Source of the DNA: an uncultured Gammaproteobacteria bacterium
GTDB lineage: Bacteria; Patescibacteriota; Microgenomatia; UBA8517
Direction of reading: 5' to 3'
Assembly: GCA_964427735.1 (NCBI GenBank)
Contig: CAYRUS010000001.1
Location: 453,790-517,789 of the forward strand
DNA length: 64,000 nucleotides
Of this stretch, positions 1 through 9,746 are shown in pieces (the stretch's first letter is position 1; each line of letters starts with the position of its first letter). The translations under genes were made by a program, and so were the position numbers. The notes beneath the pieces are model-generated. The model saw only the letters and a program-made list of their open reading frames with translations, ran no database searches and was not told the DNA's origin.

Positions 1-1564
1 ATCTGAATGCGACTCTTTCATCAGTAATATAACCATCTTTGTCTATATTAATTCCTGAATGAGCGATGTGGTAATTCTCTTCTTCATCAGCAGCCATGTA
101 CACGATCTCTTCAGTTACACGCATTTTGGCATTTCCACCCTTTTCTGTTTTCTCCACCTTGCGGTACGGTGTTTCCAAAAATCCATACTCATTAACTCTA
201 GCGTATAACGCTAAATATGTAACAAGTCCAATATTAGGCCCTTCAGGAGTTCTAACTGGATCAATCCTTCCATATTGAGAAGAGTTAACGTCACGAATAG
301 AAAAAGATGCTCTTTCTCTGTTTATCCCTCCAGGTCCCATTACAGAAACTCTTCTTAAGTTGTCCAACTCAGATATAGGATTTGTATCATCAAGGATGGT
401 TGACAACTGATTTGAGCGGAAAAATTCATTTAATGAAGCAATTAAAGGTCGTGCGTTTATTAAATTTGAAGGTGTTGGCTTATCATCTGCACTTACAATA
501 CTCATCTTTTCCTTAGCTGACCTTTCCAGTCTAAGAAGTCCAATACGAAATGCGTTAACAGCTACTAATTCTCCAACTCTTCTTAGTCTGCGATTTGACA
601 AGTTATCAATGTCATCTACTCTACCCTCTCCATTCTGAAGACCAATAAGGTATTTTAATGTAGCAACAACATCATCCTGTGTAAGTACCCAATTATTTTT
701 CTCATTAGGAGTATTCAAACCCAATCTTCTGTTCATCTTAAATCTTCCAACTCGTCCAACACTGTACCTTCTTGGATTAAAGAACATTGTGTCAAATAGA
801 TTCTCAGCATTTTCTAACAATACAGGTTCTCCCGGCCTCATTCTCCTGTAGATTTCCAAAAGTGCTTCTTCTTGAGTGTGCGTTGGATCTTTCTCTAAAG
901 TGCTTTGAATATACGGATGATTTTTATCGGTATCAATATCCTTGAACAGGTTTCTTATATCATTATCGTTTTCAATTCCCATCGCACGAATAATTATGGT
1001 TGCAGGAATCTTTCTTCTTCTATCTATTCGAGCAGAAATTACATCGTTTCTAGAAACTTCAAACTCTAGCCATGATCCATGCAAAGGTCTCACTTCAGAT
1101 GAATAAAGCATCCTTCCACTGGAAGCATCCAAATCTCCAGAGAAATAAACCCCTGGACTTCTAACAATCTGGTTTATCACTGCTCTCTCAATACCATTAA
1201 CAATAAAAGTACCTCGTGAGGTCATTTGAGGAATTTCACCCATAAAAACCTCCTGAGTGATTTCTTTCTCTGTTTTCTTGTTAATTAAAGTGGCTGTAAT
1301 TGTCAAGGGTGAAGAGTAAGTTAGATCTTTTTCTTGAGCTTGACGTGGAGTAATCTTTGGCTCTCCAAGTCGAGGTTCACCTAAAATAAGTCTCCAGTTT
1401 TTGCCAGTAAAATCATCAATAGGAGAAACTTCTTCTATCTCCTCTTTAATTCCTTCTTCTAAGAACCACTTCCATGATTCTTTCTGGACACTTATTAGGT
1501 CTAGCTGGGGCAGATTGTTTTCTTTTCTTCCTAGGTTTCGTCGGTTGGGTTTTGGGACTGCCAT
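1..1564 (-). CDS. rpoB: DNA-directed RNA polymerase beta subunit, 5' part (runs off window start)
   Basis: Manual translation from ATG 1564: MAVPKPNRRNLGRKENNLPQLDLISVQKESW...GEIPQMTSRGTFIVNGIERAVINQIVRSPGVYF...DDIDNLSNRRLRRVGE...RTPEGPNIGL. Missing from the ORF track because it has no stop in the window. Confidence 0.98.
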   Translation of the reverse strand, partial: MAVPKPNRRNLGRKENNLPQLDLISVQKESWKWFLEEGIKEEIEEVSPIDDFTGKNWRLILGEPRLGEPKITPRQAQEKDLTYSSPLTITATLINKKTEKEITQEVFMGEIPQMTSRGTFIVNGIERAVINQIVRSPGVYFSGDLDASSGRMLYSSEVRPLHGSWLEFEVSRNDVISARIDRRRKIPATIIIRAMGIENDNDIRNLFKDIDTDKNHPYIQSTLEKDPTHTQEEALLEIYRRMRPGEPVLLENAENLFDTMFFNPRRYSVGRVGRFKMNRRLGLNTPNEKNNWVLTQDDVVATLKYLIGLQNGEGRVDDIDNLSNRRLRRVGELVAVNAFRIGLLRLERSAKEKMSIVSADDKPTPSNLINARPLIASLNEFFRSNQLSTILDDTNPISELDNLRRVSVMGPGGINRERASFSIRDVNSSQYGRIDPVRTPEGPNIGLVTYLALYARVNEYGFLETPYRKVEKTEKGGNAKMRVTEEIVYMAADEEENYHIAHSGINIDKDGYITDERVAFR

Positions 1565-1586
1565 CAGTAAATAATAATTATACGAT

Positions 1587-1642
1587 AAAAGACCCAAGAA
1601 TTCTTGGGTCGCAAAATACAGACGTACTTTCGTACGCCTACA
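1587..1642 (-). terminator. rpoB leader with two hairpins, the second terminator-like
   Basis: Minus strand: TGTAGGCGTAC-GAAA-GTACGTCTGTA, then the palindrome GACCCAAGAATTCTTGGGTC followed by TTTT. Confidence 0.65.
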
Positions 1643-1648
1643 GTGGTA

Positions 1649-1677
1649 TTTTTACCATAGGCTTAAGATAAAGTCAA
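1649..1677 (-). promoter_or_regulatory. sigma70-type promoter of rpoB
   Basis: TTGACT-17 bp-TAAAAA, with TG at the extended -10 position. Confidence 0.7.
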
Positions 1678-1701
1678 GCCTCTATTCTGTTTTTTTAAAA
1701 A

Positions 1702-2685
1702 TTACCTCAAATATTTAGAAACATTTTGGTTGTGTTCCTCTATAGTACGTGCAAAATGAATATTACCTTCTTTGTCGTGAATGTAGTAATAAAACTCAGT
1801 TTCTGCAGGTTCTGTGGCTGCTTGAAGCGAAGAAAATCCAGGATTAGATATTGGAGCAACCGGTAAACCTGTAACTTTGTATGTGTTGTATTCGGACGGT
1901 GTTTCTAATTCTTGCCTTAGAGGAGGTACCCACCAGTTGCACTTACTGTCCCAGCTACAACGATCATTGGCAAGTGCATATTGTACTGTTGCATCAATTT
2001 GCAAAGGCATTCCATCCATTAGACGATTTTTTATTACACCTGCAATAATTGGTCTTTCCTCTATAGATTTTGCTTCTCGTTCAATTAGTGAAGCAATGAT
2101 TACTACTTCATTTAAGTCTTTAATCTTTAGTTCTTTAATTTTATTATCAAAAGTTTGTCGCATCATTTTTGCTGCAGAGTCACCTGTTAAGTCTTTTGGA
2201 ACTAAATAAGTATCTGGAAATAAATATCCTTCCATTCTCGCTGAAGCATCAATATAACTTTTTCTAAAATCAGTAGCCATTTGGTCATCAAGTCCAAGAG
2301 AAGAAATAAACCTATCAGGTATTTCTTCACGACGAAGTCCTTCTGGAATTGTCACCCAAACTAAATCTGGCCCTTTGGCCAATCTGTCTATCAATTCAAA
2401 TAAAGTCAGGTTTTTTGAAAGAGTAAATTCACCTGCTTTAATACTTGAAGATTTACCTGTTAATTGGACATAAAATTTAAAAGCTAAAGGGCTTTTTATT
2501 AGATTTTCGGCTTTTAGCTCATCTGCTATGCTTTGGGCACTACGACCTTTAGGAATCACAAATCTGACATTTTCTTCACTGGACATAGGAGCTTGAATAG
2601 CAGACCTCCACCACAAAAAACCTGTTACTGAAATGATACCCAGTAACAAGAAAAATCCCAAACTTATAATCAAACTTTTTTTCAT
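1702..2685 (-). CDS. mltG: Endolytic transglycosylase MltG (YceG family)
   Basis: N-terminal TM; TIPEGLR, EGYLFPDTY, ASLIEREA (catalytic Glu), LQIDATVQY, YNTY...GLP..PISNPG. Confidence 0.95.
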   Translation of the reverse strand: MKKSLIISLGFFLLLGIISVTGFLWWRSAIQAPMSSEENVRFVIPKGRSAQSIADELKAENLIKSPLAFKFYVQLTGKSSSIKAGEFTLSKNLTLFELIDRLAKGPDLVWVTIPEGLRREEIPDRFISSLGLDDQMATDFRKSYIDASARMEGYLFPDTYLVPKDLTGDSAAKMMRQTFDNKIKELKIKDLNEVVIIASLIEREAKSIEERPIIAGVIKNRLMDGMPLQIDATVQYALANDRCSWDSKCNWWVPPLRQELETPSEYNTYKVTGLPVAPISNPGFSSLQAATEPAETEFYYYIHDKEGNIHFARTIEEHNQNVSKYLR

Positions 2686-2711
2686 AGATTAATTAATATT
2701 CTTAATCAAAT

Positions 2712-2915
2712 TTATACTTCATCAAGAAGAGCTCTCCTGTATTTTTTTGTTTTGGGGTCTTTTATATATATCCTGCCACAGGAACATGTGTAAAGTTTAT
2801 CTTTTTTTCCTTGAGATTCTCCTGCTTTTGAAAGCTCACGTCCACAACCAACACATTTACCTTGGGAAAGTAACCAAGCTTGAAGTGGAGCTAGTAAATT
2901 TTTTATATTTGCCAC
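2712..2915 (-). CDS. Small zinc-ribbon-like protein
   Basis: 67 aa; CVGC...CSCG; GTG start 6 nt after TATAAT. Confidence 0.75.
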   Translation of the reverse strand: MANIKNLLAPLQAWLLSQGKCVGCGRELSKAGESQGKKDKLYTCSCGRIYIKDPKTKKYRRALLDEV

Positions 2916-2962
2916 AGGTTAATTATAAACAAACCCACTCTTACAAACAAATTAAAAAATTG

Positions 2963-3571
2963 CTAATTGTTTTCCTGTCTTGCCTCGATATATTGTTCTA
3001 CTAAATCTAATAGCTCATTCATAGATTCTCTTGCAAATTTGCTGAAAGATCTATTTTCATTTACTATTTCTGTTTGGGCACGCAAGGCCTCTAATTCGTG
3101 TTCTTGAGCCAAGTATTCTAATGTACCGACATCTTGAGGCTCAGAATGATGCTTTATATTAAAATTAACTATATGATGGTATTCTTCAAATCCTTTCAAA
3201 CTAAATAGCTCAGTAACCTTACCTCTAAACACCACCACACCATCTTTTGCTGTAATTTCTGTAATATTTCCATCAAGTTGTCTTTTATAACTTTCTTCCA
3301 TCGTCATTAAATAATCAATAGAAACTCTAATTATCTTTCCTTTGTCTGTTTGGACAGAATCAAAGGCATGACTAGGATGCATTTTATCAAAATCTATTCT
3401 GGGCAAATCTTGAGATCTTTTTATAGGATATTTAGTTGATGCTAACCATACACCTAAACAAAAATGGTACATAAGTACAGCTGCTATTTTTGCTTCACCA
3501 GGGTAATTTTCATTCTCCAATTTTAATTGCCATGTTAAGGGATACGAATCAATACTTTCCTGAAACAACAT
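2963..3571 (-). CDS. Hypothetical protein (possible degenerate zincin-like motif)
   Basis: 202-aa ORF; EEYHH...YLAQEHELEA resembles a HExxH...E-x-E-A arrangement. Confidence 0.6.
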   Translation of the reverse strand: MLFQESIDSYPLTWQLKLENENYPGEAKIAAVLMYHFCLGVWLASTKYPIKRSQDLPRIDFDKMHPSHAFDSVQTDKGKIIRVSIDYLMTMEESYKRQLDGNITEITAKDGVVVFRGKVTELFSLKGFEEYHHIVNFNIKHHSEPQDVGTLEYLAQEHELEALRAQTEIVNENRSFSKFARESMNELLDLVEQYIEARQENN

Positions 3572-3656
3572 ACCATATTCAGTTTTAGCATCTACTTTAT
3601 CTTACATCTTTTATTTCTAAAAAAAAGAGTAACAATGATTAGTATATCTAAAATTA

Positions 3657-3840
3657 TTAATTATCCCAGTCTAATTTATGATTCTTAACTTCTTTTAGTT
3701 TACCGCTTTCCCAATAAATATTTGTATATAAAATTCCCGGTTTATCTTTGAGAATATGGTCAAAGTAAAACTTAGCAGGCGGAAATATTTTATCCATTTC
3801 AAAAAGTTCTTCTATGATCAGATAACTGTTGCTTATCCAT
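3657..3840 (-). pseudogene. Probable gene remnant with internal deletion
   Basis: ATG 3840 opens MDKQQLSDHRRTF*; an out-of-frame segment reads IEELFEMDKIFPPAKFYFDHILKDKPGILYTNIYWESGKLKEVKNHKLDWDN*. Confidence 0.4.
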
Positions 3841-3842
3841 AT

Positions 3843-4217
3843 TTATTTTTCCCCCATTATTTGTACTATATTGCCATCTAGATCTTTAAGCGTTGCAAAA
3901 TAGGAATCAAAAGTGGGAGCTTTAAATGGCTTTGCAATAAACTCGACACCTTTTTTAACCAATTCATTATATGCATCTTCTACAGAATCAACTGAAATGT
4001 TAAACATAATTCTATAGGGATCTTTGCTTTTACCTTTGACTTCTGAATGCTTACCAATCCAAAGGTATGAATCTCCAACAGCTAGCCCAAACCCTGTATC
4101 CTCTGGATGGTTTAATTCCTCAATAGTATTTAACCCTAGTTTTTCTTTATACCATTTAGCCAAAGCTTTATAATCTTCTGACCAAATTAACACAGCCGAT
4201 ATATTCTTAACATTCAT
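3843..4217 (-). CDS. VOC/glyoxalase family protein
   Basis: WY...LGL; FNISVDSVEDAYNELVKKGVEF; LKDLDGNIVQI. Confidence 0.9.
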   Translation of the reverse strand: MNVKNISAVLIWSEDYKALAKWYKEKLGLNTIEELNHPEDTGFGLAVGDSYLWIGKHSEVKGKSKDPYRIMFNISVDSVEDAYNELVKKGVEFIAKPFKAPTFDSYFATLKDLDGNIVQIMGEK

Positions 4218-4257
4218 AGTTTAATACCTTAATTTCTAACATCTCGATAACCATATT

Positions 4258-4650
4258 TTAAACATTATTATTTGATTTTAGATAATTCTCTAAAATCAAT
4301 GCTGCTGCAAAAGCGTCTTCTAATTTTTTTCTTCTTTTTTGACCTATCCCTGCTTCAATTGATAGCTCTTGAGCTTCCCTTGTTGTTAAAGTTTCATCAA
4401 AAAGTTTTACATCAATTTCTAATTTTTCTTTTAATGAATTTGCGAAATTTTTTGACTTTTCTGCCATTACTCCCTCAGATACTCCAACAATGACTTTTTC
4501 AACATCTTCTTCTTGAATTAACTTTTCCAATTTTTTGAATAATTCAGATGTGTCCTTATATCTAAGAACACCAAATGGTTCAGCAATAATACCAGAGGAT
4601 ATTGCTAAACCTACTTTTTTTAATCCAAAATCAATTGATAAGACTTGCAT
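4258..4650 (-). CDS. yqgF: YqgF/RuvX family nuclease (pre-16S rRNA processing)
   Basis: Start moved to ATG 4650: MQVLSIDFGLKKVGLAIS; FDETLTT; DAFAAALIL. Confidence 0.92.
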   Translation of the reverse strand: MQVLSIDFGLKKVGLAISSGIIAEPFGVLRYKDTSELFKKLEKLIQEEDVEKVIVGVSEGVMAEKSKNFANSLKEKLEIDVKLFDETLTTREAQELSIEAGIGQKRRKKLEDAFAAALILENYLKSNNNV

Positions 4651-5323
4651 TTGCTTGAGTATAGGGGACAATCTTTGCACGCACAACTAAACGCCTTGGT
4701 TTACGAGGATCTCCCGGAGGTGTGCAGGTAACCAAAGAAAGATAAGAACCATCAGTATCTTGTTCTAAAATCTCAATATCTGTTGGCAACACCTCGTATT
4801 TCGTTTCTACTTTGTATTTATAATCAACACCATCATAGTGAACAAAAATATCATCACCATTTTCTAACTTTGGAAGGGTAGAAAAAATGGTTAGATAATC
4901 TTTGGGATTAAAAAAGATAGGCAATACAGAATGCCCAAAAATAACCCCATTACCAATTTTCCCCGGAAGTGCTGTTCCAGGATATTGGATAAGGCTTTCG
5001 CTCAAATCATCTTTCCCAATAGCAACCGTAGCTTTGTTAATTTTTAATTTTGGAATAGTAATAGTAAAGTACTCTACCTTACTATTACTACTATCCTCAT
5101 TCTCTTTTTTACCAAACCAATTGCTTGCTTTAGTTAGATCAGTATTGTTTTGATTGTTTTGTATCTGAGTATTTATTTCAACTAAAGGATTTAATAATAC
5201 CGGATAACTACTCCTAGAAGTAAGTTCATAGCTTAACAAGTTAAATAAAACAACAGTTATCATTATTACTCCGGCAAAACCAGTAAAAAACGGAAATAGT
5301 CTAAAAAACGGCTTTTTACTCAT
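4631..5323 (-). CDS. Sortase
   Basis: N-terminal TM; catalytic His (FGHS), LVTC, and Arg (RRLVVRA). Probable start ATG 5323. Confidence 0.92.
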   Translation of the reverse strand: MSKKPFFRLFPFFTGFAGVIMITVVLFNLLSYELTSRSSYPVLLNPLVEINTQIQNNQNNTDLTKASNWFGKKENEDSSNSKVEYFTITIPKLKINKATVAIGKDDLSESLIQYPGTALPGKIGNGVIFGHSVLPIFFNPKDYLTIFSTLPKLENGDDIFVHYDGVDYKYKVETKYEVLPTDIEILEQDTDGSYLSLVTCTPPGDPRKPRRLVVRAKIVPYTQANASLIN

Positions 5324-5330
5324 AGCAATA

Positions 5331-7532
5331 CTACCTCTCGGCTGCAACTTCAACAGAAATATTTTTCTTTTGGTAAGGAAGATTGCCTAACCTTCCTGGA
5401 AGTCTGGGTTCAATAATAATCTCAGCTCGAACAAATCCTGGTATCGAGTTCAAATACTCTCTTGCAATATGCGGATACTTACCTGATACTCGATCAGTAA
5501 TCTCATCTGGATTTAGTTCAGGAAGTAGATTGGCAATAATACTTGTCTCCATTTCATAAACTCCATCTTCCTCACCTACATACTTGAATTTAATTTCTAC
5601 TTGCTCATCTTTCAACACATAACCACTAGGCACCTGATTATCAAGGACCTCTCGTGCCAACTGAACTAGCAGATCTTTTTTTACAGATACTCCACTCACT
5701 TCTAATTCTAAATCAAGTTTTAATGAAGATGCCTCATCACCCACTTTGTTACTAAAACCGGTTTTTGTAACTTGTTGGGAAATTGAATCTTTCAAAAAGT
5801 CATTTCCGTCTTCTACTTTTTCTTCCAGTTCTTTAACTGCTTTTTGTGATAGTTCCTTCTCTAATTCCTCTTCTAAAGATTCTATATCACTTTCTGAGAC
5901 TGCGGCAACTTCACGACTTTCTCCTCCTGAAAAATCTTTTTTTGCAACAGCATCTACTTCTGCGGTTGGAAAGTTTCCTACAGAAAACTCTGTACCATTT
6001 GCTAAGTTATAGTCAGAACCAATATCAGTTGCTACTACTTCTACCTCTTGGGCACCTGGTTTTGTAGGTGATAGGGCAGCAGATACAGAGGCTGGTTCTA
6101 CTGTCTCGAATGTCAAGTTATTATCTGAAGTAAGTTTTGTCCCTACTGGTAAACGAATGCTTGAGCTTGTTCCATTACGAACCTCAACAGTTCCTTTGGC
6201 CTTTTCTCCGATTGTTCGTTTGCCTGTAGTCGACTTGGTACGATCCCCAGAAACAGTAGCGCTCATAACTCTACCAGGAATAACATTTTTTTCTATATCT
6301 AAATTACTCGCTTCTGGATCTATGTATACAGTTAATCTATCCTCTAAATTTTGAGGGGAAATAAAAATAGTCAAAGAAGCCTTTGGAATAAAGTACCAGT
6401 AAGCAACTACTGATCCAATTAGTAAAAGAAGTGCAATTATTACAATTGCTAATATTCTCCTCCCTGGGCCAGCAGGAGATTTTGGTTTTTTTACCTTTAC
6501 ACCAGAAAGTTTCGATTTTATAGCAGAAAAAAAAGGAGGAATTGTCAGTTTTCTCTTTTCATTTGTATCTTCTTTTGTAAATTCCTGATCCTCTAACTCA
6601 CCTTCAAGTTCTTCGACAGAGGCAATATTATCGGAATAGTATTTATTTTCATCAGGATTTTGGTCTTCCAAGGATTCATCTGTTATATCTTTACCCACCA
6701 CAAATCCCACATCTCCAACATCCCCTTTAGGGGAGTTTGGATTTCCAGCTACTTCTGTACCAGTATCTATTTTAGAAGTGTTTGCCATTTCAATACCTCC
6801 TGCTAAAGTTACTGCAAATATTTTTTGCTCTGGTTTAAACGTTTCTACTTTTGGCGTGTGCAAAAAAGAAATTTTTTCAGGAGTACTCCAATCAAATTTA
6901 ACCAACTCTTGTCGTGCATCTTCGAGTTCACTATCTTTTGCGTTATAAACTATAAACCTTGATGGGAAAACCTCACCAGAATAAAGTCTTGTCAATCCTT
7001 CTACAACGTCATCAACAAGAGAAACACTTCTTGATACATTTTCTATTCCCTTGTTTTCGCCATTTTTAAATAATGAAACCTCAAGATTGCCTTCTCTTAA
7101 GCCCAAAATTATCCCTGTAAAAGGTACACCATCCTCAGATTTTATGAAATTTGCAATAGCCTCCGGTAAAACTACATAACCTTGTGGATCCAAGGACAAC
7201 TCTTTACATACCTTCTCTAAATCTTTTAAATATTCTCCTTTTATATTTCCTTCAAGTATCCATTGAGAGGAAAGTCCGAAAACCGCTGCAGAAGGATCAT
7301 CTATATCCTCATCTAGATTCTGTACTGCAGAGGACAAGGCTGTATCAACAACACTTATTAGGTCTTCGTTTTCGTCTCGGCTTACAGGCTTGCCCACTGT
7401 TAATACTTTGGATTCTCCTTGATTTATACTCCATATCCCTGCTTGTACCCACGAAGGTTCTATGACAATCGACCAGTAATAGGAGCTTGTCTTTGACTTT
7501 GTCTTCGGCAGTAAAGATGAAAAGTCAACCAT
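5331..7532 (-). CDS. Membrane protein: N-terminal FtsA/actin-like region, acidic linker, TM, baseplate J/gp47-like domain
   Basis: Single TM near aa 360-383; KAKGTVEVRN...LPVGTKL...FET...VVATDIGSDYN...FSGGES resembles Baseplate_J-like proteins. The N-terminal fold is inferred. Confidence 0.7.
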   Translation of the reverse strand: MVDFSSLLPKTKSKTSSYYWSIVIEPSWVQAGIWSINQGESKVLTVGKPVSRDENEDLISVVDTALSSAVQNLDEDIDDPSAAVFGLSSQWILEGNIKGEYLKDLEKVCKELSLDPQGYVVLPEAIANFIKSEDGVPFTGIILGLREGNLEVSLFKNGENKGIENVSRSVSLVDDVVEGLTRLYSGEVFPSRFIVYNAKDSELEDARQELVKFDWSTPEKISFLHTPKVETFKPEQKIFAVTLAGGIEMANTSKIDTGTEVAGNPNSPKGDVGDVGFVVGKDITDESLEDQNPDENKYYSDNIASVEELEGELEDQEFTKEDTNEKRKLTIPPFFSAIKSKLSGVKVKKPKSPAGPGRRILAIVIIALLLLIGSVVAYWYFIPKASLTIFISPQNLEDRLTVYIDPEASNLDIEKNVIPGRVMSATVSGDRTKSTTGKRTIGEKAKGTVEVRNGTSSSIRLPVGTKLTSDNNLTFETVEPASVSAALSPTKPGAQEVEVVATDIGSDYNLANGTEFSVGNFPTAEVDAVAKKDFSGGESREVAAVSESDIESLEEELEKELSQKAVKELEEKVEDGNDFLKDSISQQVTKTGFSNKVGDEASSLKLDLELEVSGVSVKKDLLVQLAREVLDNQVPSGYVLKDEQVEIKFKYVGEEDGVYEMETSIIANLLPELNPDEITDRVSGKYPHIAREYLNSIPGFVRAEIIIEPRLPGRLGNLPYQKKNISVEVAAER

Positions 7533-7534
7533 AG

Positions 7535-9400
7535 TTAATTTATCGTTGCATAAATACGTACAGTATTAGCACCTGTCTTCTCTTGTTTATCTATTGTAAC
7601 ATGCCCAATATTTCCTGTGTTTTGGACATGTGGTCCTCCACAAAATTCTTTACTGAAAGCATTTTCTAAATTCTCTCCAATAAAATAAACCTTAACAATA
7701 TCACCATATTTTTCGCCAAATAAATGGATAGCACCACTTTTTTCAGCTTGCTCCTTTGGTAGTTCAATAAATTGAACAGGTAATTTTTCTTGTACTTTCT
7801 GATTTATTTTCTCTTCCAGTTTTTTTATTTCCTCGTCCGTCAGTTTAGAGTTATAAGAAAAATCAAATCTCAACCTTTCTTCATTAATATTTTGCCCTTT
7901 TTGTACAACCCTCTCCCCAAGCAATTGTCTCAAGGCTGCTTGGAGAAGATGGGCTGTGGTGTGAAGCTTTTTAATTTGCTCGCTTGAACCAGCCAATCCA
8001 CCTTTGAATTTACCTGCTGAAGTTGTCCTTGATAAATTTTGGTGTTTTTCAAATTCTTTTTTAAATACCTCTCTATCTATTGACTGTCCTTTCTCCTCAA
8101 AAATCTCCTCTGTAATTTCAATAGGAAAACCATATGACTGATACAAATCAAATGCAGTTTTTGCATCAATTTTGTCTATTTTTTCGATTTCCTTTAGTCC
8201 TTTCTCTAAAGTATTTTTAAACTTTTCGACTTCACTATTGATAACATTTTTAATCTCATCTGAGTTGGAACTACTTAAATAAATCTCTTCATATGACTCA
8301 ATAACCCGATCAACAATCGTATCAAAATCACCCGGATTTACATTGTCTTTTAACGAACGCATTTTTACAGCAGATCTTCTTATCAGTCTTCTTAAAATAT
8401 ACCCATGCTCTTTGTTTGATGGTACAACTCCATCATTTGCTAGAAAAACTGAAGCTCGCATGTGGTCTGCAATGATTCTCATTGAAGGTTTATAATTATC
8501 TTGATATTTCTTGTTTGTTATATTTTCTATTTGATTAATAACTCCTGAAAAAACATCAATCTTGAAAACATCAGGATCACCATTAATAGCAGCTGCTATT
8601 CTTTCTAAACCACCTCCAAAATCCACATTTTTATTTGGAAGCTCCTCAAATGTATTGTCGTCTATTTTTTTATATTGCATAAAAACAGAGTTTGCTATCT
8701 CCACAAACCTACCACAATCACAATTAACATGACACGGCATGTGAGCAAACTCGGAACTTTCATGAATCTTCAGATCTTCACCAAAATCAAAAAATATTTC
8801 TGAATCCGGACCTCCAATATCTCCTACAGGCATATCTACTGGTTTACCACTCATAGACCACCAATTTTTATTATCCGGATAGGCAAATATTCTCTCACCT
8901 TCTTCTGCATTAACTCCTGATTTTTTAAATATATCTTTCCAAATATTTATTGATTCTGTGTCCTTACTTAATTTATTTAAAGAATTGTTTTCTTTTATAT
9001 TGAACTCTTCATTTCCGGCAAATACTGTCACATATAATCTATTAGCATTTATTCCTAATCCTTCCTCTTTGTCTGTGAGAAACTGAAAAATCCAATTAAG
9101 TTGCTCTTCTTTAAAATAATCACCAAGGGACCAGTTTCCTAGCATTTCAAAAAAGGTGGTATGCCTATTATTTCCAACTTCTTCTATGTCTTCTAAACGA
9201 ATTGAAGGCTGAGAATTAACAATTCTTTTTCCTTTGGGATGTTTTTTGCCTAATAAATAAGGTACCATTTGCTGCATACCAAAAGGGGTAAATAATGTGC
9301 CTGTATCAACGGTGGGAATTAAAGGGGAAGGTGCAATTTCCTGGTGACCTCTATTTTTGAAAAATTGCACATATTTTTGTCTAATCTGATGAACTGTCAT
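7535..9400 (-). CDS. alaS: Alanine--tRNA ligase (short, no C-Ala domain)
   Basis: RHTTFFEMLGNWS, VDFGGGLER, ADHMRA, GYILRRLIRR, editing HTTAH...CGGPH. Start moved to 9400. Confidence 0.97.
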   Translation of the reverse strand: MTVHQIRQKYVQFFKNRGHQEIAPSPLIPTVDTGTLFTPFGMQQMVPYLLGKKHPKGKRIVNSQPSIRLEDIEEVGNNRHTTFFEMLGNWSLGDYFKEEQLNWIFQFLTDKEEGLGINANRLYVTVFAGNEEFNIKENNSLNKLSKDTESINIWKDIFKKSGVNAEEGERIFAYPDNKNWWSMSGKPVDMPVGDIGGPDSEIFFDFGEDLKIHESSEFAHMPCHVNCDCGRFVEIANSVFMQYKKIDDNTFEELPNKNVDFGGGLERIAAAINGDPDVFKIDVFSGVINQIENITNKKYQDNYKPSMRIIADHMRASVFLANDGVVPSNKEHGYILRRLIRRSAVKMRSLKDNVNPGDFDTIVDRVIESYEEIYLSSSNSDEIKNVINSEVEKFKNTLEKGLKEIEKIDKIDAKTAFDLYQSYGFPIEITEEIFEEKGQSIDREVFKKEFEKHQNLSRTTSAGKFKGGLAGSSEQIKKLHTTAHLLQAALRQLLGERVVQKGQNINEERLRFDFSYNSKLTDEEIKKLEEKINQKVQEKLPVQFIELPKEQAEKSGAIHLFGEKYGDIVKVYFIGENLENAFSKEFCGGPHVQNTGNIGHVTIDKQEKTGANTVRIYATIN

Positions 9401-9455
9401 TGCTTTTGCAATTATACACATTCATGCCTAGGATATCTAGAAAATGAAGCTACCA

Positions 9456-9746
9456 CTATACTTGATCACTAATCTCATCTTTAATAGCGACAGTTTCTCC
9501 TTGGAAAGGTTCGCCCATACCCATTTTTTCTACTTCCTTTTGTCTTTTAAACATTCCAACTATGCTTGTTATTTTTTCTGGTTTAATTAATCCACCACCT
9601 AATATTGCATCTTCAAGAATTGAATTCATTCTTTTAACAGACCTTCTCAAATCCATTATCACCAAAATAACTTGGACTCCTACAATAAGCAGCAATACTG
9701 TTAAAACAGTTACAACTATAATTAATACTTTTTGTATTGGATCCAT
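9456..9746 (-). CDS. Small single-TM membrane protein
   Basis: 96 aa; hydrophobic N-terminal helix; start overlaps the upstream stop. Confidence 0.75.
   Translation of the reverse strand: MDPIQKVLIIVVTVLTVLLLIVGVQVILVIMDLRRSVKRMNSILEDAILGGGLIKPEKITSIVGMFKRQKEVEKMGMGEPFQGETVAIKDEISDQV

Noticed and set aside
96-278. 60-aa plus-strand ORF, and similar antisense ORFs throughout (e.g. 21802-22341, 23243-23701, 36576-37034, 43232-43654)
   Set aside because: Shadow frames opposite well-supported genes; their composition mirrors the real gene's codons.
1474-1671. 65-aa hydrophobic ORF
   Set aside because: Antisense to the rpoB start and leader.
5331-7532. Prophage or contractile injection system suggested by the baseplate-J-like domain
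   Set aside because: No sheath, tube, terminase, capsid or integrase genes; the protein is membrane-anchored in a housekeeping run.
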